Assembly (NCBI GenBank): GCA_003971905.1
Contig: RSEE01000002.1
Location: 372,001 to 436,000 of the forward strand
DNA length: 64,000 nucleotides
Reading direction: 5' to 3'
From: Moniliella sp. 'wahieum'
Taxonomy: Eukaryota
The position numbers and the translations under genes were made by a program. Each line of letters starts with the position of its first letter. Positions within the stretch are counted from its first letter, which is position 1. Positions 59,629-64,000 of the stretch are shown piece by piece. The notes beneath the pieces were generated by a model. That model was not told where the DNA came from and made no database searches. It worked only from the letters and a program-made list of their open reading frames with translations.

Positions 59629-62552
59629 ATGCCCAAGCGCGCCTACACCGGCTACAGCTACGGCCCCGACGCCACCCCCGTCCCGCACGAGCCCGCCTCC
59701 ATTGCGCCCGAGCGTCTGTGGCGGCAGTACATCGCGCCCCGCCGCCCCGTCATCCTTGACGGCCTGCCCGACGACTTCCGCGCCCCGCGCTGGACGCACC
59801 TTCCCTATCTCGCTGCCCTCGCTGGCCACGTGCCTGTGCGTGTGGAGCCCCGCCACCCTACAGGGCAGTTTGGCACCGCCATCCCCCGCCGCACCGTACG
59901 CTTCGGCGAGTTCGTCGCCTCCCTCGGTCCCGACGCCAACCCTAGCGAGCGCGGAACTGTCTACCTCACCACCCAGTACGACGCGGCACCAGACAATCAG
60001 CAGGACGAGGACGAGCCCGCGTGGGAGGAGGACAAGTCCCGGTTGGGAAAGCGCCGCCGCGCCTCTTCGCCCCCCTCCTCCCGCTCATCGCCCGCCCCGA
60101 GCGAAGTGAGCGAGGTGAGCCTGACGCCGTCCGCGAGCGAACTGGACCCGCTGCTGCCGGCGCCCTGTCATGCGTTGGTCAGCGATTTCCCCCCGCAGCC
60201 CGCGCTGATGGGCAACCTTGTGCTGCAACAAGCCAATCTCTGGCTCGGTTCCACTCCGCTCCAGGATGCCACGACCGAGACGTCCACCCAGCGCGGCGGA
60301 ATGGTAGGTCAAACCTCGGGGCTCCACCACGATTTCCACGATAACCTCTATGTGCTCTTGTCGGGGGAAAAACGGTTTTTGCTCTTCCCTCCCGACGCGC
60401 ATTCCTACCTCCATCTACGGGGGGAGGTGGCACGCGTCCACCACAACGGCCTCATTGTGTATGAGCAGGATGATGAGGAGGACATGGAAGAGGACGAGGA
60501 GCAGGCGGCGGGTGTACCCCGTGTACCCCCTTCGGCTGGAGACTTGATCCGTGCCGATGGCCTCCCTGAGGTGCAGGCAGAGAAGTGGCGGGTACGCGCC
60601 CGTGTGCACAAGGTGCAGGAACTGGAGGACACCCTGGCTCAATCTCGTGGCGGTCCTGAGGCACAACGGGCACGCAACAAGCGCAAAGGCAAGGCACGCA
60701 TGAGTGCCCAGCTGGCCGATGCACTGGAGCAAGTCGTGCGCACAAAAGGGGTACGAGTTGGCGCGTTTGTTTGAACTTGGAATTCACCCCGTGCCGTATA
60801 TGGACGGCTCGGATTGGGGCTCCTCTGACTCTGATGGCTCTTCCTTATTCGTCCGACTCGGAGACCGAGCCCGAGGCAGAGCGGGCCCCACCGCGTCGCC
60901 TACGCACCAACGGCGGGTCTTCCTCGGCCCCGCCCAAACAAGAGGAGGAAGAGGAGGAAAGTGTGGACGAGGATGAGCTGGCTATGCTCTTGGACGATGC
61001 TACTGCCCCTATTCCTCCCCAGCTTGTGGCCTATCTCAAGCAACAGGAGGCAGGCGCGCCCGGATCAGAGGAGGACCAAGACGAGTCGAAGGACCAAGAG
61101 GACGAAAGTGAGGACGAGGGGGAGGACAGCGGAGTGGAGGAGGAGGAACTGGCCGCGCTCTTGGCAGAGGCGACAGAGCCTGTCCAGCGTCCGACGTACT
61201 CCCCGCCTGAGAAGTCCCGTGGGAAGCTAACCCGTGCTCAGCTGGAACAACTCAAGAAACGATTCGGTGTGGCCACAGAAACTTCTCCCACCCACGAAGA
61301 AGACACGCCCACCAACAGCTCGGAACTACAGCTGAGCACACCCATGCTGCGGGAGGCGGTATCGCTTGCCAATCCAAGGGCCCGCTAGTCGAGGTGGAGG
61401 AGGAGGACCTACGCTTGCTGGTGTACGACATTCCTCGGGCCTGGGCCTCTGCCGGTGCGCCGATCCTAGACCCTACCCTCGCTGCCCATTTGAGGGATGT
61501 ATGGGAGTTGTTGGACCAAGCTGCCGATTCGGAGGAGGAAGGGAAGAGGGGGAGAGGACATGGAGGAAAGCTCAGACGAGGAAGGACTTCCTTTCTTTGA
61601 TGATGCAGGCAGCATGGCCTCCTTCGACCCCCGTACCGCCGAGGATGGGGAAGGTTACCTGGAATTGTTGGACGCTAACACCCGTCCGGAGCCACCGAGT
61701 TTTTGCCAGATCAAGCCGCAAGACCTTTGGGCCCACTTTGGTCTGACCAAGGCCCCCAAACGCAAATCGCGCAAGGGCAAATTTGATCCCCAAGCGAAGG
61801 TGCCTCTGCCAGGCTGTCCTCCCCCCTTGGTGGCTCATCTCAAGCCGGGTCAGATGCTCTTCCTCCCCGCCTCGTGGTTCCATGAGGTGACTCCTATGCC
61901 TCTTCTTCCCCGGGGACGTGCACATGGCCCTCAACTACTGGTTCCACCCGCCTACGAACACCGTCGGCGCGCCCCAATACCGCACCAAGAAAAATGCAGG
62001 CAGCGCAGCTCTAGGGGAGGACGAAGCCAAGGGACTGCCTCCACGCTCTCGTTCGAAGCACCCTACATTGATACCGAGGTCTGGGATGAAATTCGCAAGG
62101 CGGTACAGGTCCAGCTGGACCAGGCTCAACAGGCTGTCGAACGGCATGCCGCGGAGGTTGAGGGACGCATTGTTACCCAAGAGGCGGACACGGTGGCGCG
62201 TAAGCTGCTTGCGCAAGTCAGTCGGTACACCGACGAGATGGACCAGGAAGAGGAGGACGGAGAGGAGAAGGAGGACGAGGACGAGGACGAGGATGAGGAT
62301 GAGGATGAGGACGAGGATGAAGAGGGTATGGTGGAGATTGATCTCGATACACTCCACTGAACAGGTGGCGTCGCTCATGTCGGTGTTTGGGGCTGAGGAG
62401 GATTCTGAAGAGGGGTCTAGGAAGCTCAAGGGGCACAAGAAGACCAAGCATCCTGATGGTCTGCCGAGAAGAAGAAGAAGAAGCACAAGAAGCATAATCG
62501 TGCCAAGAAAGTGCATAAGGAGGAACGGCCGAGTAAGCGGCGTCGTACCTGA
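59629..62552 (+). CDS. JmjC/cupin-8 2-oxoglutarate Fe(II) oxygenase with long acidic insertion
   Basis: YIAPRRPVILDG, YLTTQY, LMGNLVLQQANLWLG, SGLHHDFHDNLYVLLSGEKRFLLFPP, then LKPGQMLFLPASWFHEV and HMALNYWFHPP. Acidic tracts and a Lys/His-rich tail; frameshifts. Confidence 0.85.
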
Positions 62553-63292
62553 ACCGATATCCTCTCGTTGCGCTCCATATTAATCAACAATATTGCCTGA
62601 TTCCCCTCTCCTTCTGGTGGGCAACGCAGCCCTGGCATATGTTAAAGGGTTTCAACGTGTAATAGGACACAGCTTACTAGCTAGTTAGCCGCACGAGTGA
62701 CAAAAATCTCATCAGCCAGGTGCCTTGGGGGCCACTGCGCAGACAGTTTTGTTCCGGGCCTAACATCTCGGGGGAAAAGGAAAATAGCTGCACGCACGGC
62801 GTTCTCCAATGCTTGGATATGGACTGTTTTCCCCACCACGCAATGGGAGCCCCGTCCTCCCCGGGTCGCCAGCAATGTTGATGATAATCGATCGGAGTCT
62901 TACCCTTTAGTAGCTTCACTTGGTTTGGGTGCCCCAACCACACTGAAGAACGTTCGCGATCCGCGCCGCGGCTTTTCCGCCGGGGATGCGTTCGCTCAAC
63001 CACCCAGCCCGTCATTCCTCCGTTCCCCGCCTACCCCCATCTAGTTTATCTCGGCATCCTCGCAAGACGGAAAGGATGCATTGGACGATGTGGTGCACTT
63101 TGGTATGGCGACGGATGAGCCTCTTCGAGCTCATCGATCGAGCCGTGGCACAATAAAAATAGTAGCCAAGGCGTTATAATTGGCGCGGGGTGCGAGTAAG
63201 TAAGCCCTGTCTCTTTTGCCCAGGGCCGAGGAAATTTTGTGTTTTTTCATTCGACTGGGGGCCGCGGTTGTCTTAACCACCACCCTTGCGCC

Positions 63293-64000
63293 ATGTCGAC
63301 CAGATCCCGGTGCGCACAGCCAAGCGCCAGCGCCTCGCCGACAAGCAGGCTGCTGCAGCTGGCGAACAGCTCGAGGCCGATGGCCAACTCGGTCCGCGCA
63401 CCAGCTCGATTGTGGTGCAGTTGCAATCGGGCCAGGACGGGACGAGTTTGGGCCCGACGCTTTCCTTGCCGGCGCAGACGGGCCGCAAGCAGCTCGAGGC
63501 GATTGTCAATCGGCTCAGGAAGAGTTGCGCTTGAACGAGGACGATGATGAGGATGTTCCCTTTGCATTCCACGTTGCGCTGCCTGGGGACGCGGGCTTGC
63601 AGGACCGTCTGCCTATCACCACCTCGGTCTGGGCGGATGTGCTACAGGCTTCGGCCGCGCAAAAGCTAGGTCTGTCGACGGAAGATGTGTTGACGGTGGT
63701 ATTTGAGCCACAGGCTGTGTTCCGTGTGCGGCCCGTGACGCGCAACTCTTCCACCTTGTCGGGACACAGTGCGCCTATCCTCTGCTCCACCTTCTCCCCG
63801 ACCGGCACGCTGCTCGTCACGGGTTCCGGCGACCATACGGCACGTTCTGGGACCTGGAAAACGAGCAGCCAGTTCACGCGCTAGCAGGCCACCGTGGTTG
63901 GGTGTTGACGGCCGAATGGGAAGGACGGGAGCGTCGGCTCGCCACGGGCGACAAGACGGGGGATGTGTGGGTGTGGGATGCGCTCAATACCGAGGCGGGC
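63293..64000 (+). CDS. RSA4: Ribosome assembly protein 4 / Notchless (NLE domain + WD40), truncated by window end
   Basis: IVVQLQSGQDG..LGP..LEAIVNRL, STEDVLTVVFEPQAVFRVRPVTRNSSTLSGHSAPIL..FSPTGTLLVTGSGDHTAR. Confidence 0.92.

Noticed and set aside
62872..62955. Possible box C/D snoRNA (TGATGA ... CTGA with short terminal stem); Sm-like ATTTTTG on the minus strand near 62700
   Set aside because: No rRNA-complementary guide or snRNA core could be identified by eye. An Infernal/snoscan search is needed.

Overview
Gene-dense, GC-rich, intron-poor eukaryotic DNA. The gene set and short GT-AG introns with CTRAC branch sites point to a fungus, most likely a basidiomycete (smut/yeast-like; inference). 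About 19 protein genes have recognisable families or motifs: a C2H2 zinc-finger factor, UBP14, MET10, DUR3, a DUF726/TMCO4 hydrolase, a GH16 Crh/Utr2-like enzyme, a bZIP factor, ICL1, an F-box-like protein, PMS1, a RED-like protein, a HAL/Hrk1-type kinase, RPL2 (uL2), a forkhead factor, a GH47 mannosidase, a FLX1-like carrier, RQC1, YAE1, a JmjC protein and the 5' part of RSA4. There is also one intron-containing tRNA-Val(AAC). Most genes, including the ribosomal protein, are broken by 1-4 bp indels, which looks like unpolished long-read error rather than pseudogenisation, so many boundaries are approximate. The standout structure is at 16997-19786: two complete ~1.4 kb non-coding copia-like LTR mini-elements (TRIM-like) joined head-to-tail through an LTR-A-LTR junction. 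The whole four-LTR dimer is flanked by a single 5-bp target-site duplication (TCTCG) and has a non-canonical primer site shaped like a tRNA anticodon arm.
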